Of a stretch of DNA of 64,000 nucleotides, positions 1 to 11,757 are shown in pieces. A program made the translations under genes and the position numbers. The notes below the pieces were generated by a model. The model was not told where the DNA came from. It saw only the letters and a list, made by a program, of their open reading frames with translations, and ran no database searches. How positions within the stretch are numbered: position 1 is the stretch's first letter; each line of letters opens with the position of its first letter. The stretch spans positions 8,556,001 to 8,620,000 of the forward strand of contig JBHGNT010000018.1 in the NCBI GenBank assembly GCA_043228905.1, read 5' to 3'. This DNA is from Azolla caroliniana. Taxonomy: Eukaryota > Plantae > Polypodiophyta.

Positions 1-901
1 ACTACGAAAGAAGGTAATACCGAGGATTCATGCCAACAATATCTAGAGACTTCGGCGGTTGTGTCCGAGAACCAACGTGAGACCGGAGAGACGGGAGATG
101 GCGGCGAGGAAGGTAAAGTCGGAAGTCGGTTCGGATGGAAAATGATTCATCCGAAATTCCAATCTAAAAGAAAGTGCGACAATGCGGAGGTCGGGTCTAC
201 GACGAGAGAAGCGTGTAATACAGAGCACGCTCTACGGCGAATAAAGAAACGCGTGTTATGGCGAATAAAGAAGCACGCGCTACGGCGAGAAAAGAAGCAT
301 GCATTACAACCACACGAGGACCGAACAACGAGCACATATCGGAGGACCTACGTGGCGAACAACGGAAAGAAGTGCCGAAAGTCGAACCGGACAAGGCAGG
401 TGAAAACGAAGAAAAGAAAGCAAATCCGGACGAAAAGAAAAGAAAAGAAACCGACCCGAAAGAGCACTGAATCGGTAAAAACCGATCAACCGAGTCCGGA
501 TCGACCGAATACAAATCGGAAAGGAAGCCGAACTAAACGAAAGACGATCCGACGAGACCGAATCGGAAGTAAGCTAATCCGACTAAACCGAAAATCCGAA
601 AAGAAGTCGAGATTGATGAAGAAAAGAAAGAGGGCAAGAAAAGATACTACCGCGGATGACAAGGACCAAGCGGGCCATGCAAAAAGCGAACGAAGACTAT
701 GGTGGATCGGATGTCGACAATGGTTCGGGTGGAAAGAATGGATGTGCTCCAAATGGAGAGACAAAGTCAACATAACAAGAGAAGTCGAGGGTACTACGAG
801 CCGGCAACGAAACCAATCGGGTAGAGACCGGACGGAGGAGACTAACAAACACCAACAACTTCGGCACATACCGGAGGATGTGCTGGTTTGGAGGGGGCGA
901 G

Positions 902-1630
902 TGTCGTAGTGTATTTTGTACACTACGTGAAAAACGTATATAGTATTAGATTCAATAAAAAATGAAGAAATAGAAGAAAATAGCAAAATAAATGGAACAT
1001 GCATAGGGCAAGATTCGAACCTTGCACCTCCATGTTAATAATGTAATGTCTTACCATTACACTAGCATTTCATTAGTGTTAAAGCATAGATGTCCCACAT
1101 AGAAAGCTAAATTCACGCTAGGATAAACATTAGAAAAACGCATAACAAAAGAAAAAGCTACACATACACATCTAGCGTGCATGATAAAAAACGCACAAGT
1201 TAGAAAAAAGCATGATCACTTTAGATAAAGCATATAGTCTATCTATAGGAAAAGCATGGGGTCTATAGTTAGAGAAAAAGCATAGATTACTAAGACTTCC
1301 TCATCACTACATAAGGATGGGGAGCACAATGTAATTGTGTGTGAAAAATATTTGGAAACTGGATATGTTTCTAAAAAACACCAATTAATAAACTATACTC
1401 GTGGGATTCACGAGGATTCTATATCATTCTCTTTCAACCCAAATTTATATTCTTATATTCATATTGATTAATCAAATACAATACACTCGTGGGATTCACG
1501 AGTTTGCTATAACTCTTTCTTACAACATATTTATATTCTTATTAGCCTTAAAACTCTCCTCTTCCTAGTCCAAAACCCCAGTGGTTCCCACCCGACTCAC
1601 GCAAACGATCCGGAGCCGAAAGGCACGACA
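902..1630 (+). repeat. 3' LTR (~729 bp)
   Basis: TG...CA termini and a preceding PPT. The CACGACA terminus is shared with the LTR at 5562. An internal ~90-bp duplication contains the CTCGTG-GGATT-CACGAG hairpin twice. Confidence 0.75.
1003..1066 (-). promoter_or_regulatory. tRNA-like Pol III A-box/B-box module in LTR U3, antisense to element
   Basis: Minus strand: A box TAGTGTAATGG (1064-1054), B box GGTTCGAATCT (1021-1011), T-arm GCAAGG/TCTTGC. Box spacing is 43 nt. Confidence 0.7.
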
Positions 1631-3305
1631 TCGTATCTACGGTTACGTAAATTGGTTTCCCTTCGGCATAGTTGGCCTTCCTTAGTGCCGGAGCTTCAAG
1701 AAGCAGTTTCTTTAATCTTCGCATCGCCTCTGTGTGCTCGTCTCGCCATTCGAACTTTATTCTTTTCTTTAGTAGTCCATATAACGGTTCGGCGACATGA
1801 GCGTAGTGAGGAATCCATATATGATAAAACGCGCACGCTCCAAGGAACCTTCGAACCTCCGTTTGGTTTTCGCATTCTTCTTTCATGTCTTGGATTGCGT
1901 TCACTTTGGATGGCGAGGGCTTCCGGCCGTATGCTCCACACAAGTGACCTACCACCAAGATCTCCGGTTGCCCGAATGCGGATTTTTCTCCCGAAAATGT
2001 CAAATTTGCATCTTCGAGCCTTTGAAGCACCTTCTCGCAATCTTTCATATGATCCGCAACGAACTTTCTACAACCTTCCTTATCTTTCGATTCATCTTTC
2101 TCCTCATCTGAACATCCTTTTATCGGAATATCATCCAAGAATGGCATCGTGATGTCCGGAATGCAATCCTTCAAGACTTTATTCATGGCATTCACCATAT
2201 GAGCCACCGAGTTCGTTGCGCCTTGGGGTAAGGTACACATCCGCACAAGCCCGATCGGAGTCCTCATGGTTGTAATGTCCCGACTGTCGATCGCCAACTG
2301 GAATTGGTCATATCCGGAGTAGAGATCGCCAATGGAGTAGATGGACCGGCCCGCAAACGCTTCGGCAAATTCGTCCACGCTCGGACCGATTCCGGCATTT
2401 CGAATTGTCACCTTGTTGACGGGTTGAAGATCTTGGATGAATCGCAATGATCCATTCTTCTTCGGCACCGTGAACCACCTATTGGAATAAGGAGCATTCG
2501 ACGGTTCTAGAATTCCCATACTCACCTTCTCCTTTAAGAGCTCGATCAGCTTCGGAAGGTGTGCTCTCGGAACCGGTATCGGTTTCAAATTCCAAGGCAC
2601 ATGAGGCACCGTGAAGATCACCATTGGCTCTATAACCTTTGGGTCGGCGCATCCGATTTCTCGTGGGAAGAATGCGAAAGCCTTCCCATGTCTCTCAAGC
2701 ATATCGCGAAACATTCGATCCTCTTCAGGGAGAAGGAAATCCTCCTTTCCAACTCGTAGCTTCCCCTTCGTCTCTTTGGTGAAATCATGACCTATCTTCT
2801 TCGGATCTCTTAAGCTTAGATCGTTTGCGACTTCCTTCATCTTTTGCCAGCTATCTTCCGGTAGCGGAACCGCAACTGGCTTGATCTTCTTATCCACTGT
2901 TTTATATTTCGTGTTGATGTCAGCTTCATTCATCGAGATGCCACGACGGTATTCATCGATGATAGCGTACATGTTGACGGAGTTAACCGAAATCACACGT
3001 TGGTTGTGAAGATAGCTCAAGTCCACGACGTCCTCGATTTCGCCGATGGTGTCGTTAAATGAGGCTTCCTCCATAATATGAGTCACGAATTCTCCTTCTT
3101 CTATTATGTTCTCTTCTTTCAGCATCTTCTCGAATTCTTGTATCCGGCGCTTGTGCTTCTTGTCGGGTAGTACTAGTTTACATGCGCCACTAGGTGTGAC
3201 ACATGTTGCTTCTCCTTGCAATCCACGCGCTCTTCTTTCTTGTGGGGTCTTGTGATTGCTCGGACTATTTGTGCCCCATGCTTCAATAGTCCGCTCTAAA
3301 AATCC
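1631..3305 (-). pseudogene. pol: pol (RT and start of RNase H), in -1 frame relative to gag, truncated by LTR insertion
   Basis: Frame is open from GGATTTT (3305-3299) through RT motifs (FIQDLQPVN, PFLDDI, FLGACAFY) to KPIYVTVDT. The ORF-track tail (MSCLSAP...) is read-through into the inserted LTR. Confidence 0.85.
3243..3305 (-). promoter_or_regulatory. Predicted -1 programmed ribosomal frameshift signal (G_GAU_UUU + H-type pseudoknot)
   Basis: Heptamer at the last gag codons, 5-nt spacer, 9-bp stem CGGACTATT/AATAGTCCG. Loop TGGGG pairs with downstream CCCCA. The -1 frame is open into pol. Confidence 0.7.
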
Positions 3306-5494
3306 GAGGATTCGCCTCCGAGACTATCTCGATTCCTTTCATGATTGGCTCGCACTGTTAGGAATTGGACCGATCTTTGGTTGTCAAGACTCTTTATTCG
3401 TGCGAAGGCTGCTCCATTATCGAACACTTTGGTCTCCATCCGAGATGATGTGATATAAGGTTGCCCTAGGATGACAGGATGCGACGCCGATTCTTGTACG
3501 AAGAAGTGTTGATCCATCTCCACATCCCCGATCGTGACTTTGACATTGGGACAAGCTCCGTACAAGTCCTCTGTAGACTTTGTTGCCACGCGAATCTTCC
3601 ATCCGTGGTTTGTATTGATTGGCCATCTTCCCTTTTTGTAGAAGTCGGTTGACATGAGGTTGATCTCCGAGCCGTGGTCGATCAAGGCTACGACAGTCTC
3701 TTTCTTCTCCCCGATCTTCACCGGTGTCTCCGTTGTCGCTCGTGCCCAATGAGGTCGAGTGTAGTGGCTGTCCACCATATCTTCATCGATTTCGTCTCTT
3801 GCCATCGTTATGGCATTCGTTTTTGCTTTCTGCGGCTTCTCTTCTTCCTCGTCCGATTGTTGTCTCTTTCTCTTTACAAGGTCCACGATCGTGTCATGGA
3901 ACTCCTTCTTCGTAATGCCAAGCAATTCCCTCAAGGACAAAGTTAAGTGGCTATCAAGAACTCGTTCTTCGAGAATCTTCTTTAGGTCCGTCGTCTGCTC
4001 TATGTCCGACCTTAGCTTATAGGTAGGTATAGTCCTTGTCCTCCGAGCGGGGTCTTCGACACCAACCTTCACGGGCCGAACCGTTTCTTCAACTCGTATG
4101 CTCGGCTCCCCTTTTCGGCTTGATTCTCGTTCCTCCGTTTGTAAAGGTCGACTCGTCTCCGCATCGTCCTTCTTTTTCGCGTTCCTTGTTTCATGTCTTT
4201 TTGATGGCCCTTGGTCTTCTATTCTCTTTCTCTTTTCTTCGACGAACACCTCGTGGTTGTCGCACATCACCTCTGCAAGTATGGTGTTGTCGTCCACCGG
4301 ATCCGACCACCCGGTTATGCTTTGCACGCATCGGTCCGCAAGCTCTACCTCGTTCGATGTGATTTTTCCCTTCTTCTCATATTCGAGAACGGAAGTCCAA
4401 AACTTTGCTCCCGCTCTAGCGACTTCAGTCTTGTCTTTCCCGACTCTTATTCCGGCCGACGCAGCATAGTGCATCGCATCCACAAGAGTCGCATCGGCAT
4501 CCTCCATAGATCTCTTCATTCCTCCTCTTCCGAAATTCACCCGTAGGGGTCTTCTAGTCTCGCTTGAGCAGATCATGTTGTCCTCTATGTATACGATATT
4601 TTGTCGAATTGCCTCTCGAAGGCTCGCACAATCCCTTCTCATGTGGTCCATGCTATCGCACCACACGCATCTAAAGGGTTCTTTTCCTTTAGGGCCCCGA
4701 CGATTCATGTTGGCTAGCGTGACCTTCTCGAACTTCTTCGCTAGCTCTTCAATAATGTCGTCATCTATCTTCTTTTCTTCCACGTTACTTTGTCTCAGCG
4801 GCTCAGCTACTTTCGGCGGTCTTGCTTTCTCCGTGGTAGTCGGTCCTGTCAAGTCGGTGTCATCAACCCATTGGCGACGCTTGTCGAGCCTATTGCATGC
4901 CCGCTTCACCGCGATCCAGTCCGCTACGAGCCCATTTTCTTGGGTATCATCTTCGAGAAGAGTCCCCAACTCCCGTCTATCCTTTATGTCCACGGCCTTC
5001 AAGAAGTACAAAGTCTTGTCCTCTTCAACCAACGCTTGGTCCGTATTGGGGAGACGACTAAACATCTGGTCGAATTCGTCGTACACCCTCGAGATGCTCA
5101 TCTTCTTATTCTTCTTCTCTATCCACTTCATCAAGGCATGTCGAGTCATCCTCGTTGAGTCTTCAGTCACGAACTCCGCTAGTATCGTTTTCTCGAACTC
5201 AGACCATGTTGTCTTTCCTTCTTGAAGCTCGATGACGCGTCTTTGGATGTTGTTGGCGACAACTCTCTTGAAGCTTGCGATTTGACGTGCCTCAGACACG
5301 TCCCTTTGATTCATCTCCCTCTTATATACATCAAGGAACTTCGTAACGTTCCTTCCATCGAATTGGCCCTCGAGCTCTACGACACGATCGACAGCCTTCT
5401 CCACGCTCGCGTCGTTGTCCCGAGATCTCATCATTTGCTCGACGATTAGCATCATCCTTTCGAGCTCTCCTGCTTGGTTACTTGAGGACGCCAT
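3296..5494 (-). CDS. gag: Gag-protease polyprotein
   Basis: ATG at 5494 lies ~40 nt after the PBS. Zinc knuckle CVWCDSMDHMRRDC; aspartic protease-like ALIDHGSEIN...VILGQPY. Confidence 0.85.
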   Translation of the reverse strand: MASSSNQAGELERMMLIVEQMMRSRDNDASVEKAVDRVVELEGQFDGRNVTKFLDVYKREMNQRDVSEARQIASFKRVVANNIQRRVIELQEGKTTWSEFEKTILAEFVTEDSTRMTRHALMKWIEKKNKKMSISRVYDEFDQMFSRLPNTDQALVEEDKTLYFLKAVDIKDRRELGTLLEDDTQENGLVADWIAVKRACNRLDKRRQWVDDTDLTGPTTTEKARPPKVAEPLRQSNVEEKKIDDDIIEELAKKFEKVTLANMNRRGPKGKEPFRCVWCDSMDHMRRDCASLREAIRQNIVYIEDNMICSSETRRPLRVNFGRGGMKRSMEDADATLVDAMHYAASAGIRVGKDKTEVARAGAKFWTSVLEYEKKGKITSNEVELADRCVQSITGWSDPVDDNTILAEVMCDNHEVFVEEKRKRIEDQGPSKRHETRNAKKKDDAETSRPLQTEERESSRKGEPSIRVEETVRPVKVGVEDPARRTRTIPTYKLRSDIEQTTDLKKILEERVLDSHLTLSLRELLGITKKEFHDTIVDLVKRKRQQSDEEEEKPQKAKTNAITMARDEIDEDMVDSHYTRPHWARATTETPVKIGEKKETVVALIDHGSEINLMSTDFYKKGRWPINTNHGWKIRVATKSTEDLYGACPNVKVTIGDVEMDQHFFVQESASHPVILGQPYITSSRMETKVFDNGAAFARIKSLDNQRSVQFLTVRANHERNRDSLGGESSDF

Positions 5495-5535
5495 CTCCAA
5501 GTATTAATCTCGACTTGATCCTTCCTACCGCCTCT

Positions 5536-5553
5536 TTCACGTCGGGTTCACCA
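5536..5553 (-). promoter_or_regulatory. Primer binding site complementary to tRNA-Trp 3' end
   Basis: TGGTGAACCCGACGTGAA is complementary to the plant tRNA-Trp(CCA) end ...TTCACGTCGGGTTCACCA. It lies 8 nt from the LTR terminal CA. Confidence 0.8.
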
Positions 5554-5561
5554 CTTAATTA

Positions 5562-6190
5562 TGTCGTGAAGATCCGTCACTACGCGCGGATCGTGAGGCA
5601 GAACCGTCGGGGTTCTGGACCAGAAGGATTTAGAGTCGATACAAGCTTTGGCGAGAAAGTACTTAAGATAGATTGGGAAAGAGAGAAGATGAGATTACAC
5701 GATTGATTTGATAACAAATTTCTTCCTCTTAATTTTCATAATAAAAAAAACCGTGTTTTTCTCCTCCCCCTTCCCTCTTTTATATATGCTCTCATGCATA
5801 TGATGCATGTGAGGGTACAAGGCATGCATAAATTGCATGTTTGCCATTTGGCGCTTAAGTATTACATGTGGTGCATGCTAACCATGTCACTCATTTTAGC
5901 ACTCATGGATGAGAATTTACATGTAAAAGTACAATGATAGAAATATAATTTCAACTAAATACTATGGCTTAATGGTAAGCCATTTGACTCCTAACTTGGA
6001 GGTGCAAGGTTCGAATCCATACTTGCCCTCCTTGTATATGTAAATATGTATATAATTTTGCCGCCGGATGCCGACGCCGACGCAGGATGTCGACGCCGGA
6101 TGCCGACGCCGGATACCGGTGCCGCCTGCCGCCATCGGATTGCCGTCGGATGCCGTCGGATCACCGGCTCCATCGCCGGTCCGGTTTTGC
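5562..6190 (-). repeat. 5' LTR (U3 end not resolved)
   Basis: Begins TGTCGTGAAGATCC on the + strand (...CACGACA on the element strand). Highly similar to 13977-14560. GC-rich GCCGAC/GCCGG repeats at 6060-6180. Confidence 0.75.
5961..6030 (+). promoter_or_regulatory. tRNA-like A-box/B-box module in LTR U3, antisense to element
   Basis: A box TGGCTTAATGG (5965-5975) sits within hairpin ATGGCTTA/TAAGCCAT. Anticodon-loop-like CTCCTAA; B box GGTTCGAATCC (6008-6018); spacing 43. Confidence 0.75.
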
Positions 6191-6554
6191 TTGGCCAAAA
6201 CCCTTTACGAGTAGCTAGCCACCTCCACTCTAAGTTTAAGTTACCTTGAACTCTCTATGCTCCACACAAAGACAATATCTTTTGCTCCACTTTATATATG
6301 ATGAGAGCCGTATTTGTCGTGCCTATGTGGGATATCTCACAATTTTCTCTTTTCTTTTCACAAACTTTATACCCTCATATCTTGACATTTAGTTGTCCAT
6401 TTCTCGTGTAATAAAGTGCATTCGAAACCTCCATCATTTTGTACTTTAGATATTAAAAATGTTATCTTCACAATTATTGTATTACATGATTCATACTCGA
6501 CTTTGTAAGTTTTATGGGATTTTCACACTATTGCCGAAAATCTTCACGACAGCG

Positions 6555-6864
6555 CGTAACTGTACAGAGAGAGAGTGAGAGAGAGACGAGGTCGTTGCCT
6601 CTGTTGTAACCGCCGCCTGTGGCGAAGAACTGAGAGCACGAGGTCGTTGCCTTAGTGATCTCACTGTTGTATATACCTACATAGTGACAGTTTGCAGCCT
6701 GTGGGCTGCCGTGGTTTTTTTCCCTTATTTTGGGGTTTTCCACGTAAACCTCCTGTGTACCATTTCTCCTCTTTGTGTTGCGTTACATTACCTGTTTTTC
6801 TGTGTATGAGAAGAATCTCGGTTGTGGCCGAGCGTCGGACATAAGGAACGTCGTGTTCTCAACA
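6555..6864 (+). repeat. Partial copia LTR (same family as 51032-51571 and 59785-60541)
   Basis: Shared motifs GAGGTCGTTGCCTCT, CGTGGTTTTT..GGGTTTTCCACGTAAA and CTCGGTTGTGGCCGAGC. Ends ...CTCAACA. Confidence 0.7.
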
Positions 6865-7029
6865 CATACTAATTCTTGCATGCCAAGTCTTACATACTGA
6901 GTCTTACATACTGGGTCTTACATATTGAGTCTTACATACCACTCTTTATACAAAGGTTTGACGTCTAAAGTTTGTCTAGGAGAAATATATATATACAAGG
7001 GCCTAAGGTTCACATTTGAGTCAATGTTC

Positions 7030-7503
7030 ATGACAAACGGTTTCATTCGACATTCGAAATCTCCAGCCGGCGCACCCATTTTCTTCGTCAAGAAAAAGGA
7101 TGGATCACTTCGTCTCGTCGTAGACTATCGCGGCTTGAATAAGGTCACTATCAAGAATAGGCAAGCACTTCCTTGTATCTCAAGTCTTTTAGAACGGATC
7201 AATGGTGCAAGGTTCTTCACAAAGATCGACTTACAAGGAGCATATAACCTCGTACGAATCCGACTAGGAGATGAATGCAAGACCGCGTTCTGCACCAAAT
7301 ATGGGCACTTCGAGTATACGGTCATGCCATTCGGTCTCACTAATGCACCAGCACTCTTCCAGGAGATGGCAAATGATATATTCCAAGATCTCTTGGATGT
7401 TTGTTTAATCATCTATTTGGATGATCTACTAGTTTATTTGAAGACCCAAGAAGAGCATGATTCTCATGTACTGTTAGTACTAAAACGGCTTCAAGAACAT
7501 GAG
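7030..7503 (+). pseudogene. Tcn1-like reverse transcriptase fragment
   Basis: [34 protein letters not shown]...YLDDLLVY. Nearly the same as the RT at 43228-43540. Confidence 0.85.
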
Positions 7504-7624
7504 AATCATGCTCTTCTTGGGTCTTTGAATAAACCAATAGATCATCAAAATAGATGATCGAACAAACATCCAGACAAATCTGGAATATACATCTATTTTC
7601 TATAGTAAAACTTAAATGAAAATA

Positions 7625-8573
7625 ATATCCTTCGTATTACAATATATAGTCTACCCGGCTGGAAGGATACACCGATGTTGATTGGGTCGGCAATGTATCC
7701 AACCAACGGTCAACATCCAACTTCGTCTTCTCACTCGGAAGCGGAGCAATCTTGTGGAGCTACAAGAAGTAACCAACAGTTGCATTGTCCAACACCAAAG
7801 CGGAATACATGGGTGCGACCATTGCCACCTGCGAAGAAATTTCCCTAAAGCGGCTACTGAAGGACTTCAATGAATCGGTCGACGAACCGATCCCTATCTA
7901 CTATGACAATCAAATTAGTATACAACTAGCTCAAAACTTGGTGTTACATGCCCAAATGAAGCACATTGAGGTGCACTATCATTAAATTCGAGAACGCATC
8001 ATCGTGGGAGACATTGATCTCCAACACGTCGGCATTGATCAACAAACGGACGATATGTCTTGGGCTTAGGAGCAAACAAGCTCCACCAATTTTTGTTGGC
8101 ACTCGGTCTTCAACCACTTAACACTCCAAGCATTCATCACGGGCTTGAGGGGGAGGAACCGAAAACTTCCGACTAGAAGCTGGACAGAAGCTGACAATGT
8201 CGAACCGAACGTCAGATGCCTCACACTTGAGCTTGAGGGGGCATGTTGAGATATTAAGCTCAACTAGGTTTAGTTATTTACTCATCATGTAACTTAGTGG
8301 TTACATAAATAAAATCTAGTTAACGCGTTGACTTGGAACCCTTAAATAGGATTTTATACATGAGTGGGATACATTCTAGATCCCCCAGTCCCAAGTTCAT
8401 TTAATATAGGACTTACATCCTTGTATCTATATTCTCCTCACACATGTGCACCCTTGCACATGAGATGTATATATACCACATTGTGGGTATTTTTGTATGT
8501 GATGCATATTAATATAGTAAAAGGTCTTCTAGTTACACTCTTGTTAATCATCCCTCATTTGCCTTATTGTTCA
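7625..8573 (+). mobile_element. Ty1/copia 3' relic (RNase H, PPT, start of 3' LTR)
   Basis: KAEYMGA...IYYDNQISIQLAQN...KHIEVHYH. PPT TTGAGGGGGCA is followed by TGTTGAG at 8244. LTR end uncertain. Confidence 0.7.
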
Positions 8574-9247
8574 TAAGTGTATTTCCACTCTATCTCTCAT
8601 TTAACTTCCTTGCTCTCACACACACACACATACACGCATATCACATAGTCTTCCATTGCTTAATCATATATGTGATTAACTACTCACATAATTAGATAGT
8701 AATTAACCCTTAATAATTACCTAATTATAAACAATTTTCATGCAAGGAATGTAATTCTTGAATAGTCTCATCCTCAAAAGCACATGCTTGTGCTACTCAA
8801 GCAGGTTCATGGGGAACATGAACCATGGAGGATGTGATGTTGTGTGAGAAGACTTTAATAAACCTCTTCATGTGTTGTTATAAGAGATCAAAAGAATTCT
8901 TTAAGATTTATGGGTCAAAAATGCTTGAAATCAATTGTGCCATTAAGGTAGTTTGATCATACATTAAATAAGGATATTTTTGGTACGCAAGACATTGCTT
9001 CTGATTGCTACAGAAATTTATTGACTAGATTATCCTTTTATATGGAGGATTTTCATGCAAGGAATGTAATTCTTGAATGAGTGACATCCGTTTTGCCTAA
9101 TTTCCTCTTTTATGAAATAACGTTGCCATGATCGAACCTTAAAGTTGAGGAAACCTTAGAGTTGAGTTAAGGAAAGGTTACACTCAAAGCGTAGACTCAA
9201 GTCAAGGAATTCGTTCACCTTTGAGCAGCGTCGTGATTTGACCTTGC

Positions 9248-9288
<41 letters not shown>

Positions 9289-9644
9289 GGAACGGGGAAA
9301 CCATACACATCGATACATGTATAGCCCATCCCGTTATCGACCATTCGAACCATTGCTTCCACATTGCAATGTGAGATGGGGTGTTGGGGCACATGTGATG
9401 AGAGTGACCAGTTATGCATACTCTGCCCTAAACAAGTTCGAGAGTCTGAGTATGCTCTGCCTTTTATCATATTCGACCATGATTTCCACATCCCTTTGAC
9501 CGAGCCCAATCCTTCCACGAATTTCTCTCACAACCACAATGTGCACTCTCGATTGCAACATTCATTGGTAAAGTTCTTGAACATCGAGAGTTGCTACTCA
9601 CTTTCACACGTATCACATGAAATGTAATATTTTTTATGTCCCCT

Positions 9645-11016
9645 TGTTACGGGCATGACCATATAATATCGTGTGCTAAGATTGTACCGTAGTATTCTAT
9701 ACACGTGGATAAAATGTGAGGGTTCAGAAGAAGGGAAGGATTACTTTTAATCCTTGGGATTGAGACAACCCATTCAGGCCAAGTGTGAACTTGCCTAAGG
9801 GCCTTAGGTCTGGCTACAAATATGAGGCCTAGCTACCCTCATTTGACATCTCTTGACTATGTCGAGACTCTGAACTCGTGGTGATCAAACTATTGTAGCG
9901 AGTGTGCCAGTACCAGGTACGAGTCGATGTCATGATGGTAGTATGGGACACCGATCACGGCTCGATTCTGTCTCAATCCCTTCGCTCGGCGGTGGTCAAG
10001 TGGATCGACACCCTTCTTTCTCTCTTTCCTTTCTTTTGTATGTAATATATACAGTTGCAAGCATACATCGCTGGGATATAGTCCTTTAGGTTGATGTATG
10101 CTTTTCCACCACGAGCCCTAATTGATGTTAATATACATCATGATCAGTTGCGAAGTACATAAAACTTTCTTCGGGATATGCAATATATGTTGCATATTGC
10201 ACGAGATAATATAAAAACAACTCAAGATAGAGCGCGTTTTTTTTTTTATGACGATCATAAATTATAGGCAACCTCGTGTATTCAAAACCCTGGACAGAAG
10301 GTAGTTTTACATGTACCTCACAATTCTAAGTCATTGTCTACGGGTAAATGCACTAAGTTAGCCCCACGGTTTTGAGGACTTTTTACAGTCCTCAAACACA
10401 TTGGTTCTAAAATGAAAGAATTGCATTCTAAAATAATTTGGGAATTTAAAATTAAATGGATGGATAAGTCTATAAGAGATTCCACACAAGAACACAAAAA
10501 TACCATTAGAACTAGATTCCTTAACTTTTCATCGCAAGAGTGCAATGTTTTAAACACGGGGAGTATGTTACGGGCATGGCCATATAATATCCCATAGTAA
10601 GATTGTATCGTAGTATTCTATATACGTGGATAGAGTGTGAGGGTTAAATGAGAGTGTAAAGAAGGAAAGAATTACTTTTAATCCTTGGGATTGAGACAAC
10701 CCATTAAGATCAAGTGCGAACTTGCTTGGGAGTCTTTGTTCCAGCAATAAATATGAGGCCTAACTACCCTCATTTGACATCTCTTGACTACGTCGAGACT
10801 CTGAACTCGAGGTGATCAAACTATTGTAGCGAGTGTGCCAATACCAGGTACGACTCGATGCCATGACAGTCGTATGGGATGCACATCAAGGCTCGAGCCC
10901 GTCTCGATCCCTTCGCTCGGGGCTTTTCGGGTGGATCAACACCCTTCTTTCTCTCTTTTCTTTTCTATCTAATATATATCCTTATTTCATGCTTACATTA
11001 GGATCTAACTCTAACA
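9645..11016 (+). mobile_element. Internally deleted chromovirus (5' LTR 9645-~10045, chromodomain remnant, PPT, 3' LTR 10566-11016)
   Basis: Two similar LTRs start TGTTACGGGCATG. The remnant [14 protein letters not shown]...QECNVL resembles the C-terminus of the 16654-21057 ORF. PPT GGGGAGTA; flanks CCCCT/CCCCC. Confidence 0.75.
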
Positions 11017-11757
11017 CCCCCACTATGTCATAAGGTAAAACAAAGTCCATCCATGGAGGAAACAAACATCAAGGGGGTAGATATTGCCAAAACATTTTGC
11101 CATTTCTCTCCACAAAGACAAACAAATCCTTCCGCTTGCCTTTAAAGGATCGTTGTTTAAAAAAAATGGTATCTTCATTACCAATGAAGGAGTCATATTG
11201 ACCTTTTAAATTTGAAATAAGCATCAATCAATTTTCCTTCACACAATGAACAGGATTCTACTTTATTTGCTGAAACACATTTTTTCATCTAGCTATCCAT
11301 ATATTCCACAAAATTACTGATGATATTGTAGCCCATACTGTGGCATCTACATTCAACCGATTTCAGCCTGAATATGGTACGTGGTGAATTTGCCTTGCCC
11401 TAGTTGGAAGCGTAAATAATATTTTAATACCTTTCATAATATTTACATCCATCCAAAACACATTTCCCCATATAATCACATTAGGTCCATATGCAACATT
11501 AATGAGGCGCAACATACGTTTCCAAACAGAACTTCCAATTACAACCATACAATGATGTTTGACCCCACAAATGCCAATCAACCCACGATCACTAGCTCTT
11601 CACTTTGTAGAGGAATGTTGGCCAGAGTATGATACGGTGGATAAATGTGGACAAGGATGAGTCGGATATTATTAGAGTATAATTATTAGTTAGAAATATG
11701 ATAGGAACTGATGGATCTGGAATAGTTGTACCGATCTAGATCCGGACCTATTGATAG

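Larger units (their letters stand above)
1..1630 (+). mobile_element. 3' end of a Ty3/gypsy LTR retrotransposon (degenerate charged low-complexity 3' region, PPT, 3' LTR) inserted into the RNase H region of the adjacent element
   Basis: PPT GGAGGGGGCGAG at 890-901 is followed directly by TGTCG (902). The segment ends ...GGCACGACA (1630), exactly where the neighbouring minus-strand pol stops being RNase H-like (...KPIYVTVDT). Confidence 0.75.
1631..6190 (-). mobile_element. Non-chromovirus Ty3/gypsy retrotransposon (Phygy/Selgy-like), 5' part; interrupted at 1630
   Basis: LTR from 5562, tRNA-Trp PBS, gag-protease ORF, then RT with DLYSGY / PQGATNS / PFLDDI motifs typical of the fungal/bryophyte-type gypsy group. 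The right boundary is approximate. Confidence 0.85.

Noticed and set aside
61-909. 282-aa K/R-rich ORF as a host gene
   Set aside because: Low-complexity, frame-switching sequence directly upstream of a PPT and LTR. It is the retroelement 3' region.
1548-1630. C-terminal tail of the 557-aa pol ORF
   Set aside because: Read-through into the inserted LTR, not genuine RNase H sequence.
9300-11660. Possible LINE C-terminal fragments (9300-9600 + and 11040-11660 -)
   Set aside because: Only weak Cys/His and Trp patterns in broken frames. Too degraded to call.
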